Below, one piece after another: positions 52,740-64,000 of a stretch of 64,000 nt of DNA. The DNA comes from Eledone cirrhosa. Lineage: Eukaryota. Where the stretch lies: NCBI GenBank assembly GCA_964016885.1, contig OZ024741.1:367908001-367972000 (forward strand). The letters run 5' to 3'. How positions within the stretch are numbered: the stretch's first letter is position 1; every line of letters starts with the position of its first letter. Position numbers and translations under genes: made by a program. The notes under the pieces were generated by a model that was not told the origin of the DNA, did no database searches, and saw nothing but the letters and a program-made list of their open reading frames with translations.

Positions 52740-54233
52740 TAGGTCTTCCGTGGGGAAGAATGCATCGCCCAACACAGGTTAGTTATTAGCGACATAAAAA
52801 TAAACACAAGACAGAACAAGATATGCGGGGAAAATATGGAGATGGAGGGTTTGGAAACTAAAGGACCTTTCAGTTAAATATAGGTTTAGCAAGGCTCTAC
52901 AGGATGCAGTAGATGAGAGGGGTGATGAGCTAGGTACATATAACATAGAGGACAACTGGAAATTCCTACATAACAACTTATTGTAAACTACTGATGAGAC
53001 TTGTGGCTGGAGTAAAGTGCCAGCCAGACAGGGTGACCTGGTGGTCGAACAGCACAGTGGATAGTTCATCAAGATTTGGTTCTTAGTCCATTGCTGTGCA
53101 TCATAATGCTCCAGGCTATAACAGGGGAGTTTAAAACTGGCTGTCCGTAGGAACTTCTCTATGCAGTTGATTTGGTCCTTATAGCTGAATCCATAAAAGA
53201 ACTAGAAAATAAGTTCCAACTTTGGAAACAGAATTTGGAATCAAAAAGTCTCAGAGTAAACTTAGCAAAAACTAGTAAGTAGGAAAGAAGTGCTAGTGCT
53301 AATAAGTAGTTAAGAAGATAAGACCAAGATCCCTTCAAGGAAGTGGCCCTGCTCCATATGTAGAAAAGGAGTAGGCATAAACTCCATCTGGTGTACACAA
53401 TATAAATCTTGGGTACACAAGAGATGTAATGGGATAATGGGTAGATTAACACACAATATAAATCTTGGATACACAAGAGATGTAATGGGATAATGGGTAG
53501 ATTAACAGGAAAGGAAGACTTTGTATGTAGATGCACAGGAGTAATCAAAGAGAAGAAGAGCAGTGATATAAACCCTTTCCAGTCAGAGGAAGGGCACATA
53601 GAAGTAGTTGATAACTTCTGCTATATAGGTGACTTAATTAGCAGCAGAGGAGGGTGCTCTGAGAGCATAATAGCTAGAATAAGGATAGGATGGAAGCAGT
53701 TTAGGGAGCTACTCCCACTGTTAACAACAAAAGGTTTCTCCCTATGTACAAAAGGATGACTGTATGATGCTTGTGTATGAAGTGCAATGCTGCATGGTAG
53801 TGAAACATGGAGTGACTGCAGAAGACATGCATAGACTAGAGAGAAATGAAGCAGACATGTTTTAATGGATGTGTAGTGTAAATGTAAGAGAAAGGCAGAG
53901 CTTGGATGAATTGAGGAAAAAAGAAAGCTGAGGTTAAGAGAATCTGAGGTGGTGTGCAGGAGAGATGACTGCGTTAGTACAGATATGTGAAGCACATAGA
54001 TGATGATCGCTGGGTGAAAAAGTGCCAGGAAATGCCAGTGGAAGGAAGCTGCAGTAGAGGTAGGCCAAGAAAGACCTGGGTAGAAGCAGTGAGAGCGGAC
54101 CTCAAATTGCAGAGACTCACAAAGGAGATGACAAAGAAACGCAGTAAATAGAGAGATGCTGTGCTGAGAAGGACCTGTCCAACCCATGCAAGTGTGGAAA
54201 AACAGATGTAAAAATTATGATGATCATGATGAT
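52740..54233 (+). mobile_element. Rearranged RTE copy (internal deletion; 56-bp tandem duplication at 53395-53506)
   Basis: VWKLKD...CGWSK is joined directly to the VLSPLL region, followed by a PHD remnant, GRPRKTWVE and (GAT)n. Confidence 0.85.
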
Positions 54234-54355
54234 GTATATATGTATATGTATGTTTATGTATGTCTATGTTAGTATGTATGTACATATATGTATATGTATG
54301 TACGTATGTATATATGTATGTATATATATATGTATGTATATATATATATATATAT

Positions 54356-54556
54356 GTGCCAGTTGAAGGAAGATGTGGTAGAGGTAGACCACGAAAAACA
54401 TGGGCGGAGGTGGTGAGAACAGACCTCAGATCATTGAAGCTCACGGTGGAGATGACGAGGGACCGTGACGAGTGGAGAGATGCTGTGCTGAATAAGACCC
54501 GTCCCACCCTTGCAAGCAGGGAAAAGCGGACGTAAAATGATGATGATGATGATGAT
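54356..54556 (+). mobile_element. Short RTE 3' fragment in (TA)n
   Basis: PVEGRCGRGRPRKTW...RPTLASREKRT* followed by (GAT)n. Confidence 0.9.
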
Positions 54557-54575
54557 GTGTGTGTATATATATATA

Positions 54576-54837
54576 TCACCTTGATCACCTTGACCGACCA
54601 GTCTGTTGGGTGCCAATTGGCGCTGCTGGTCACAGCACGTCGTGCTGTTTTAGCCATAAGATAGCGCCATCCCACTGGCTGGGCGGGCAGACCGGTACTC
54701 ATTTCTACAGCTGAGTAAACTGGAGCAACGTGAAATAAAGTGTCTTGCTCAAGGAAACAACACATCACTCGGTCCAAGAATTGAACTCACAACCTTTCGA
54801 TTGCAAGCCCAATGCTTTAACCACTAAGCCATGTGCC

Positions 54838-54840
<3 letters not shown>
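54576..54840 (-). mobile_element. SINE family A copy
   Basis: Reverse complement of 38760-39020. Confidence 0.82.
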
Positions 54841-54882
<42 letters not shown>

Positions 54883-55185
54883 CCTTTTCTGACTAGTCAG
54901 TTCTTTTGTTGCTACAGATTACGCGGCTGAATTAGCGGTCGCTATTTTCAATTTGCAAAGCCCTTTAAACTGTATGTTATTACTCTGAGGTCTATTCCTC
55001 GTCGAATGCTTGGCTGCACTGCTGAAGGCATTCGTTGGCTTAGCTGCTGATCGAACTTCGAATATGCTGTACTATTGTATATATATATAACCCATGCTAG
55101 CGTGGAAGATGGACGTTAAACGATGATGATGATGATGATGATATATATATATATTCGTCAATCTCAATATATATATATATATATA

Positions 55186-56840
55186 TTGAGATTGATGAAT
55201 ATAGGGTCCAAGAGGCGATTAAGGAAATGAAAAATGGTAAGGCTGCTGGACCGTCGGCGATAGTTGCTGAGATGCTGAAGGCATCAGGGGACGTAGGCAC
55301 TAAAGTGGTTGCACGCATCATCAATCAGGCTATATATGGCGGTGTCATACCCAAAGACTGGTGCAGCAGTATTCTTATAAATTGCTACAAAGGTAAAGGG
55401 GATGCTCTGGAGAGGAGCAATTATAGGGGTATAAAACTGATGGATCAGGTTATGAAAGTGGCAGAAAGGATATTAACACAACTAATTAGAGAAAGGGTCA
55501 AACTAGATGAGATGCAGTTTGGTTTTGTGCCTGGGAAAAGTATAACAGATGCCCTCTTCTTGGTGACACAATTACAAGAGAGGTTCTTAGAGAAGAATAA
55601 GCCACTATACTTAGCCTTTGTTGACCTAGAGAAGGCCTTTGATAGGGTACCCCGATCTGTCATCTGGTGGTCCCTAGGAAACTAGGTGTTGAGGAATGGC
55701 TTGTGAGGATAGTGCAAACTTTGTACAGAGGTGCTGTCAGTAAAGTGAGGGTAGGAATGGAGTTTAGTGAGGAATTCCAGATACAAGTAGGAGTACATCA
55801 AGGTTCGGTCCTCAGCTCACTCTTGTTCATTATAGTCCTCCAAGCCATAACAGAGGAGTTTAAGACTGGCTGTCCATGGAAACTTCTCTATGCTGACGAT
55901 CTGGTTCTTATAGCAGAATCAGTAGAGGAGCTAGAGAATAAATTCTGGTTATGGAAACAACAATTGGAAGAAAGAGGACTGACAGTGAACCTAGCTAAGA
56001 CAAAAGTGTTGATGAGTAGAAAAAAGGACAAAACTCTGATTCCGTCAGGGAAATGGCCATGTTTGATATGCAGAAAAGGAACTGGCATAAATTCTATAAA
56101 ATACACACAATTCAGATCCTGGGTACACAAGAGATGTAGTGGGATAGCAGGCAAACTAACAGGTAGGGAGAAATACATATGCAGTAGATGTACAGGGAAC
56201 TTAGACAGTAGAAGTCGCATTGATAGACACATTTTTCAAATGCAGGCGGGTGCTATAGAAGTGGTGGTTAGCTTCCGGTACCTAGGAGATCAGATTAGCA
56301 TGGGAGGGGGTGTTCCGAGGCCATAGTATCTAGAATAAGGACGGGTTGGAAGAAGTTTAGGGAGCTGCTTCCTCTGCTGACAAAAGGCGGGTTATATGAT
56401 GCCTGTGTGAGGAGCGTGATGTTGTATGGTAGTGAGACATGGACAGCAACTGCAGAGGATATGCGACGGCTGGAGAGAAATGAGGCAAGCATGCTCCATT
56501 GGATGTGCAATGTCAGTGTGCGTGAACGACCCAGCATGGATGTGTTGAGAGAGATAGAATGTAGTCTGCAAGAGAGGAGACTGCGGTGATATGGACATGT
56601 GATGCGCATGGAGGATGACTGATGGGTAAAGAAGTACCAGGAAATGCCATTTGAAGACATGGTAGAGGTAGACCACGAAAAACATGGGCGGAGGTGGTGA
56701 GAACAGACCTCAGATCGCTGAAGCTCACGGTGGAGATGACGAAGGACCGTGACAAGTGGAGAGATACTGTGCTGAATAAGACCCGTCCCACCCTTGCAAC
56801 CAAGGAAAAGTGGACGTAAAATGATGATGATGATGATGAT
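55186..56840 (+). mobile_element. 5'-truncated RTE (PHD-containing family) with full RT region
   Basis: MKNGKAAGP...FVDLEKAFD...GVEEWLVR...HQGSVLS...YADD...PHD remnant...FRYLGD, with a (GAT)n tail. Both ends lie in (TA)n. Confidence 0.94.
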
Positions 56841-58542
56841 ATATATAGTCAATTTTCATGATCTCCAACATATATTTGTAATTGGTGTCTTAGTGTAAAA
56901 TTTCTAAGTTCCATGAACCATTAATTTTATTATTAAGATGGTATTTATAACATGACTTGATAAAAGTTCTCATATGAAATTGTTGGAAGATTTTAATTTA
57001 AATAGGAACTCTTTAAAATGTGAGGTTTTGTTTCATAGAACTATCTTTTTGTTTTTGTTTTTTCATAGTGTCTATTTAAAGAGAGGAAAAAATCATAGAA
57101 CTAAGTCTGATTTTGGTATCAAAAGAATTAAAACAAACAACTTTATATCAGACATATTTTATGGGCAAAACCAACTGGCAAGAGAATCAGGTGTAGACTG
57201 TGAGCAAGATGGTTGGATAACATCCATGAGCTTGGCTGGTCTTACTTGGGGATCCAGCTGGATCAGTTGGGGATGGTTGCTTGCTTCTGACAGGACCTGC
57301 TGAAGGAGTGTTTGAGGACTCTTCTTCGTGACCCTCCTTGGAATAAGTGGGTGAAGAAGAATTTTATATCATAGTACAGAGTGTTGCCTGCGAGCTTATA
57401 GAAAACTGTTCATTTACTGCAGACTTGGTATTGAACAAGGAAGTAGAAAACTAAAGCTATAATAAATCCAGAAACAATTTCTGGCAATTTGGTATCAAAA
57501 GGGTTAAAGAAATTATAAGTGTTTGAAGAAGATAAAAAAAAAGGCAGAAGTATTGACTAAAAAATGCACGTGGCATTCATTTTATGATAGTGTAAATATA
57601 AGCATTGTTAGAACTTGGTGCTGTTTCAGGTGGTTTAATATGAAAAGAGTTAATAAATTATTTTATTCTTTCATTAGTTCCAATCATTGGTTTGTGGCTC
57701 AGCTGGGGCATAACTTTCAAAAATGTTTAAAAATATATAAAATGTTCTGGATTAGGTGTTATTTTGGACTAAAACAATAAGCAATTGTTGTTGTGGAGAC
57801 ATTTGCAGTATTTTGACTGAGGACTGATATTTGAATCATACACACATGCATGCATGTGTGTATATATATATATATACATACATGTTTGTATACAGATGAA
57901 TGTGTGTGTAAATGGATATTCTCCCTGGAATACAAAGTTTAGTTATTCAAACTTGGACTAATCTAAGCTTGCATTAGACTCCCATTTTTTTTTATCTCTC
58001 TTCCCCTGGTGTGTATGTTGTGGAGCTCTGGCTATAGTTACATACTTATCTGTGCATATGTTTCTATATATGCTTCAGAGTATATGTGTTTCTGTATGTT
58101 TCAGTGTTTGTGTGTATATATATATACATATGTATATATATATTTATAAGGGAGGTTCTATATATGCTTCAGTGTACATGTGTGTAATGTTTTTAATGGT
58201 TTGGTCTGAAGGAAGTGACTATGTACATATCCTTCGCAGGCCCTCCAATACTGATGAGTTTGATGCTGTTAATATTCTTCTTAACCCTTTTGATACGAAA
58301 CTGCCTGAAACTAGAACTGTTTGTTATAACCTTTTCAATACCAGCCTAGCTAAAACCAACTTTGGTTCTATAAAACAAAATCACCCATTTTAAAGGGTTT
58401 CTATATAAATAAAAATCTTCCAGCATAATTTTATATAAGAACCTTTTGTTATGTTTCTATTTTAGTAATGAAATACTTAATCATTTTAGTTAATAATCAT
58501 TTTAGTAAATACCTTGAAAGTCTTCATTAATTAATTGTCTAC

Positions 58543-59349
58543 CAAATTCCATTGACACAGGGTGGTGTGTTAGTGAACAAGATCTTGGCTTTACATTGAC
58601 ACAAAGGAGAAGTAAGCAAAACCTACCAACTGTTAAAAGTGATATAGATTTTGCTGATGACATAGTTGAATTTTCTGCCAGGAAAATTGGTCTACACATT
58701 AATGTTACTGAGACAGAGTCCATGTCATTAAACCAAGAAGATGGAAATCTTGTCACACTGGATGGTAGAATACTAAATTGAGTTGATGATTTTCTATAAT
58801 TGGTCAGCTGGATGAGTTCATCAAAAAAGGATATTGACATTAGAATTTCCAAAGTCTGAACTGAGATGAAAAAAATAGAAAGGATATGAAAGTCAGATCT
58901 ACTCAGAAAAATCAAAATATTATACTTCAGAACATCTATTGAGTCAGTTTTGTTGTATGGATCCGGTATATATGGATCCTGACACAAACACTTGAGAAGA
59001 AACTAGATGATGCATACACTAAAATGCTTAGGGTTAAACAAAAGATAAACTTGCATCAACATATTACAAATAAAAGTTTATATGGAAATTGTCCAAGATA
59101 ACAACTACAATTGCTCGAACACATCATTTACAGGACATTGCTGAAGAAGTAAGCAGGAAGTTATACACAAGCTACTATTGTGGAAACCAATTCAAAGGAG
59201 ACACAGTATAGGAAGGCCTGCTCACACATTCATCAATCAATACTCAGATAATACAAACCTCTGTAGGGTGCAGTTGCGAGGAGCAATAGAAAATCATGAA
59301 TTGTGGAGAGACTTTGTCAGGAATGTTCAACTGTGGTCACAATGATGAT
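58543..59349 (+). mobile_element. Third degenerate RTE-like lineage, nested in MITE family 2 sequence
   Basis: DIDFADDI, GLHINVTETESM, KDIDIRISK, IESVLLYGS and KKLDDAYTKMLR, ending ATGATGAT. Confidence 0.75.
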
Positions 59350-59394
59350 ATTTATCTAAAATCCTTTATGTTCCAAAACACCAACTTAATAATG

Positions 59395-59612
59395 GTTTCT
59401 GATTTAGGCACAAGGCCAGCAATTTGTGAGGAGGTGAAAGTCGATTGAATCAACCCCAGTGTGTGACTGGTACTTTAATTTATCGACTCCTGTAAGGATG
59501 AAAGGTAAAGCAAACCGTAACTCAATTTGAACTCAGAATATAAAGGGCCGTAACTCTATGCCGCGAAGCATGTGGTCTGACGCTCTACCGATTCTGCCAA
59601 TCCATTACTCTT
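59395..59612 (-). mobile_element. SINE family B, complete, with target-site duplication
   Basis: tRNA-like head (TGGCAGAATCGG...GAGTTCAAATT) and a central CTTTCATCCTTACAGGAGTCGATAAA..AAGTACCAG. Flanked by ACTTAATAATG at 59384-94 and 59613-23. Similar copies at ~6316, 15277, 19465, 29068, 46197 and 51440. Confidence 0.8.
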
Positions 59613-60959
59613 ACTTAATAATGAGAAAGTTAGTAAATCGCTCCAAATTCCTGATTATTTTCAAAATTAATTGCAAACTATAGACAGTGTATTTCATTAG
59701 AAATATGGTAATATAATGATTAATTTATCAGTTAACAATATAATTTTTTTTAATTTTATTCATATATTCACATTAGAATAAGTACTTTGGTTTAATTTAG
59801 AAACAAATTTAATAAAATTGGCAATATTATTACCACCCCACTCCACACTCATTTTGCTGACATTTTCCATACTAGAATGTGAAATAGGAATGAAATCAAT
59901 TTGCTAGACACGTTTGCTACCTTGTGTTGGCCACAAATCTAGACACCATCACCTGTAACATAGATCGAGGAGAGGAAGATAACTAGATTCTGGGACTTGA
60001 CTGACCACTTCCTTTTCATGTCAGTTGCTGTCAAGTCCCCTGGTATCCTCATTCCTCCACTCAATTGAAAGGAGTGCAGCCCACCTGAGGGAGGAGCTGC
60101 ATGAGGTGGAATGGCTGATGCTGTGGGTATTGCTGGCTTTTCGCCACAGCAATACCTTCACCATCGAGTCATAGAAAACTTACAAAACAAAGGATTGAGA
60201 GGATACCTCCATTGTGTCAAAGACAGGAAACCCTCCCTAGTGCTGTTGCCACAATAAAACACCTCTATTACACTCTGTAGAGTGCAGCAACATATGTGAG
60301 ATGTTCCCCCACCCCCACCTAACTGGGAGGTCAGTAACTCTAAATACTGTTTTAGTCTGTGACAACTTGTCCAACCCTTTCTAACAAGGAAAAAGCATGC
60401 TAAATAATGATGATATTATTGACTCCAGTACTTATTTTTCAAACTCTACTACTTATTTTATCTCTTTTTATGTGGAACCACTAAGTTATGGCATATAAAC
60501 AAACTCAGGCATGGATACACATGCACATGTGTGCACACATATACACAGATGTTCTGCCCTGTGGTTAAGCTTTTACTGTTTTGATAACAAATAAGAAAAT
60601 GATAAAAATTTAACCATATCTACAATCTACTTTTCTTATGTATAGAGTACTAAGTTGACTAATGGTCTTACTGGTTTTAACCACTAACATCTCACTTTTA
60701 TGTATGTGTGTATATATATATATTGTTATACTTTGGGAGGGTCATGCTGCCAATAAAAACACATGCACCTGTTGGTTTTCACTTCAATTTATTATAAATT
60801 TCCAGTTTGCTAGTTTAATAACCAGATGGTTGTTTATTTGCTTATTGTCAAAACTCTTTCTTCACACATTCTGTAACCTCCTCAGTCATTAATTTGTTAT
60901 TTTGTGTCTCTCCTTTGTTCTGTCCTTCACCATCTTGTTTATATATATATATATATATA

Positions 60960-61859
60960 CTAGCAGTGGTACCCGGCGTTGCACGGGATAAGGTATTTTG
61001 GAACGCGGGCCGCCAATAGACCTAATCGTGGAAAAACTGCATGCCTGGACAATATGTAAAGAAAATAAACCTAATACTCTGATGGCTGGATAATCTTTAA
61101 GATTTTCCTCGATGAAGCAGGAAAAGCGCAGGTTTTCACCTAATGCGGGCCCTAGAAAATGATTTTTTTTTATGTGCATAATATGCCTTGAAATTTCAGG
61201 AAAATCGGCTAGACGTAACGCCTCCAAAAAGCCCTAAGAAGCTGAAAAAATGAAGTTTTTCACCTAATACTCGCTCTAGGCCATAAGAAAGTTTGCTTAC
61301 GGTATGAAGAAGAGACTGACTAATACATAGTTACAATTTCAAGGAAATCGGTCTGACATAACGCCTCAAAAAACCCCTAAAAATGTTAAAAAACGCAGTT
61401 TTTCACCTAATGTGGGCCCTAGGAGATCAAAAAGTTGAATTTTTTATGTGTATAACACTCCCTGAAACATAAGTAATACACATGTAAAGTTTCAAAAAGA
61501 TCGGTTGGGTACTTCTCGAGTTTTAGGGATTCAAACACACACGCACACACACACACATCCTCAAGGAAGTGACGTAATGCAGACATCTGACATACAGACA
61601 GATATTATAAGGGCGCGACGTTATATGTATGTATCTATCTAAAAAGAGAAAGACTAAGAATTATAGAGCGAGATCGCTAAATCACCTAATGTGGTCCCTG
61701 GGGCATAGAAAATTTGAAATTCTTTTTGCTCAGAACACTCCCTGAAACATAAGTATTATATGTGTAAAGTTTGAAAACAGTCGGTTGGGTGGTTCTCGAG
61801 TTTTAGGGATTCAAACTCACACACACACAGACAGACATCCTCAGTTTTTTATATATAGA
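60960..61859 (-). mobile_element. Complete 900-bp non-autonomous Helitron
   Basis: The minus strand runs A|TC...CTAG|T with a subterminal hairpin (plus strand CCCGGCGTTGCACGGG). No TSD, inserted in (TA)n, with internal repeats. Confidence 0.85.
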
Positions 61860-62551
61860 TATATATACATCTTTATTTTATTATAGAAATGACTTCTACA
61901 GGACAAGAACTGTTTCATTCATAAGAAATCATAAGGACTTTCTCAATAATTTATTACAAATGAAACAAGTCTATAATAGAATAAAGATGCCTATACTCTA
62001 TTAACATAATGAGTACCTTTTTTAACTGTAGTCACCTCTATGTATACATTGGGAATCCACCTATTTTATATACACACACAAGTAGGCATACTTATGAACT
62101 CAAACATTTACATGCACACAAACTACACACCCACTCCAAAAAACAGGGCCAATGTTTATATATACCCACCATTTCACCGATCACCACAAACACTTTATTT
62201 TTTATTGAATCACCAGTCTGATGAGCAGATCAATACTGGAGTTGGGTCCATAACTTCTATGGGCGACCTTGAGCCACTCCTATGTGAACCACACGTAACA
62301 GGTCGATCCACAATAAAAACATTAATACATGTAAATGAAACTTTGTTTTTCTTATTATACATACACACAGTAGTCCTCCACTCTGTTTCCATCTACCAAA
62401 TTTCACTTACAAAGTATTGGTGAACCTGAAGCTATAGCATAAAACACTTGTCCAAAGTGCCTTGTTGTGGAACTGAACATAAAACCACATTACCATGCCT
62501 GTGCTATAAGAAGAAGCAACAACAACAACAGTGTTGTAGTGTAGAGTTTAA

Positions 62552-62772
62552 CCCTTTAGCATTTAAACCGGCCATATCCAGCCAGAATTCTCTCACCTCT
62601 TTCTGTTTAAACCAGCTGTAACTGGCCGTTCATACTGATGTTAAGGTATTGTTCTCAAAATAAATAATATCAAAATCTCATAGAGTCAATATTATGTGAG
62701 ATAATTATGTGAGGTAAAGTGTTTACCATAAAAATATAATAGTATATATAGAGTAATGTAAATGCTAAACAG
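62552..62772. mobile_element. piggyBac-type MITE family 1
   Basis: TTAA|CCCTTTAGCATTTA...TAAATGCTAAACAG|TTAA. Confidence 0.82.
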
Positions 62773-63417
62773 TTAACTCTCCCTAAAAGATTATCTCCCC
62801 CCCCCCCCTCTCATACATACACACACTGACCTCATCTATAAACAATATATTGGTTATGAATATGATCTGAATAGTTCTGGTAATGGGGGTGGTGAAGTTG
62901 AGTGATAAAGAAATATTATTGCAATATTGTAAATGTAACTTTTTTTTAAAAGATGGTAGGGAGTAACATTACTTGATTAAGTGTGTAGTTTGAAGATCAG
63001 AGAGTCACTCTAAGTAAAGCCACTACTTCTCTGAATTGTGAGATCAACAGCTCCGATACTATGGGTATGTGGTTAGAATGTATCAGGAAAGAATGGCTGG
63101 ACAGATTTTACAGGCAAAACCAACCGGCAAGAGACCCAGAGGTAGACTCTGAGCAAGATGGCTGGATGACACCCATGAGTTTGGCTGGTCTTGCTTGGGG
63201 TTCCAATTAGATCAATTGGAGTTGATTGCTTCTGACAGGACTCACTGGAAGGAGTGTTTGGGGTCTCTGCCCTCCTGACCCTCTCAGTAATAAGTGGGCA
63301 AAGAAGAAGACTGTTATTTTTAGTAGTTCAAATTATCTTGTAAAAAGCTGTTATGTGATTAAAGGGAGATTCAGCTGTAATAACCAACAGTTTGATTGAG
63401 AAACTGTAATGATGCCT

Positions 63418-63665
63418 GTGGTGGTAGTGGTGGGGTTTGTTGTGATTAGTGATAATGCTGATAGTGGTGGTGGTGGTTATTGTTGTTACATTGATGGTGA
63501 TGATGGTAGTGGTTGCTGTTGTGGTTACAATGATGATAATGGTAGCGGTGGCAATTGTTGTGGTTAGTGATGATGGAGGTATTGGTGGTGGTGATGGTCA
63601 CTGTTGTATTTACAGTGATGATGATGGCGGTTCTTGTTGTTGTTACAGTGATGATGATGATGTCT
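63418..63665. repeat. Degenerate (GGT/GAT/GTT)n triplet repeat
   Basis: Seen directly. Confidence 0.85.
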
Positions 63666-64000
63666 GGTATGTGGGGTAGGGGACCTTAAGAGGAAATACT
63701 CTATTAATACAACCCTGTAATGACTCACAACCACCTTGTACTCTCTCACCAGTCACTCTCACTATCACCACTACTGGCCTGTCTGTAAATGAACATTTTA
63801 TGAGAGAGAGATAGGGTGATAAAGACAGGGTAGGAGAGAGAGAAAAACAGGGTGAGAAAGGGGGGAAGAGACAGAAAGACAGAGTGAGAAAGAGTGGAAG
63901 AGACAGAGAGCAAGGGGGGGGGGAGACAGAAAGAGAAAGAGTCACATGGTGTAGTTGTTTATTATTGTCCACCAACATCACAACATGGCTACACATCCTG

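Overview
This is eukaryotic, AT- and microsatellite-rich genomic DNA. The repeat repertoire suggests an octopod cephalopod (inference). It holds two intron-split host genes on the + strand. The first is the last six coding exons of the 26S proteasome AAA-ATPase Rpt2/PSMC1 (2753-14102); its 5' exons lie before the window. The second is the first coding exon of a PLEKHD1-like PH-domain gene (27429-27616); I found no second exon, so its intron 1 apparently runs past the window end. Most of the rest is mobile DNA: many RTE-clade LINE copies (one near full length at ~33.3-37.0 kb), tRNA-derived SINEs, non-autonomous Helitrons, piggyBac-type and hAT-type MITEs, and simple repeats. Most ORFs in the supplied track are microsatellite or LINE-antisense artefacts. 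Four signals stand out. (1) The dominant RTE family carries a C4HC3 PHD finger inserted inside its reverse transcriptase, which three other RTE lineages in the same window lack. (2) Its copies repeatedly sit in (TA)n tracts. (3) There are several Penelope-type minimal hammerhead ribozyme motifs, one apparently intact at 5401-5480 (-) and two forming a 339-bp palindrome at 30324-30662. (4) The PLEKHD1-like start region has a Cys-cluster N-terminus and overlapping uORFs. All calls were made by eye; no database searches were run.
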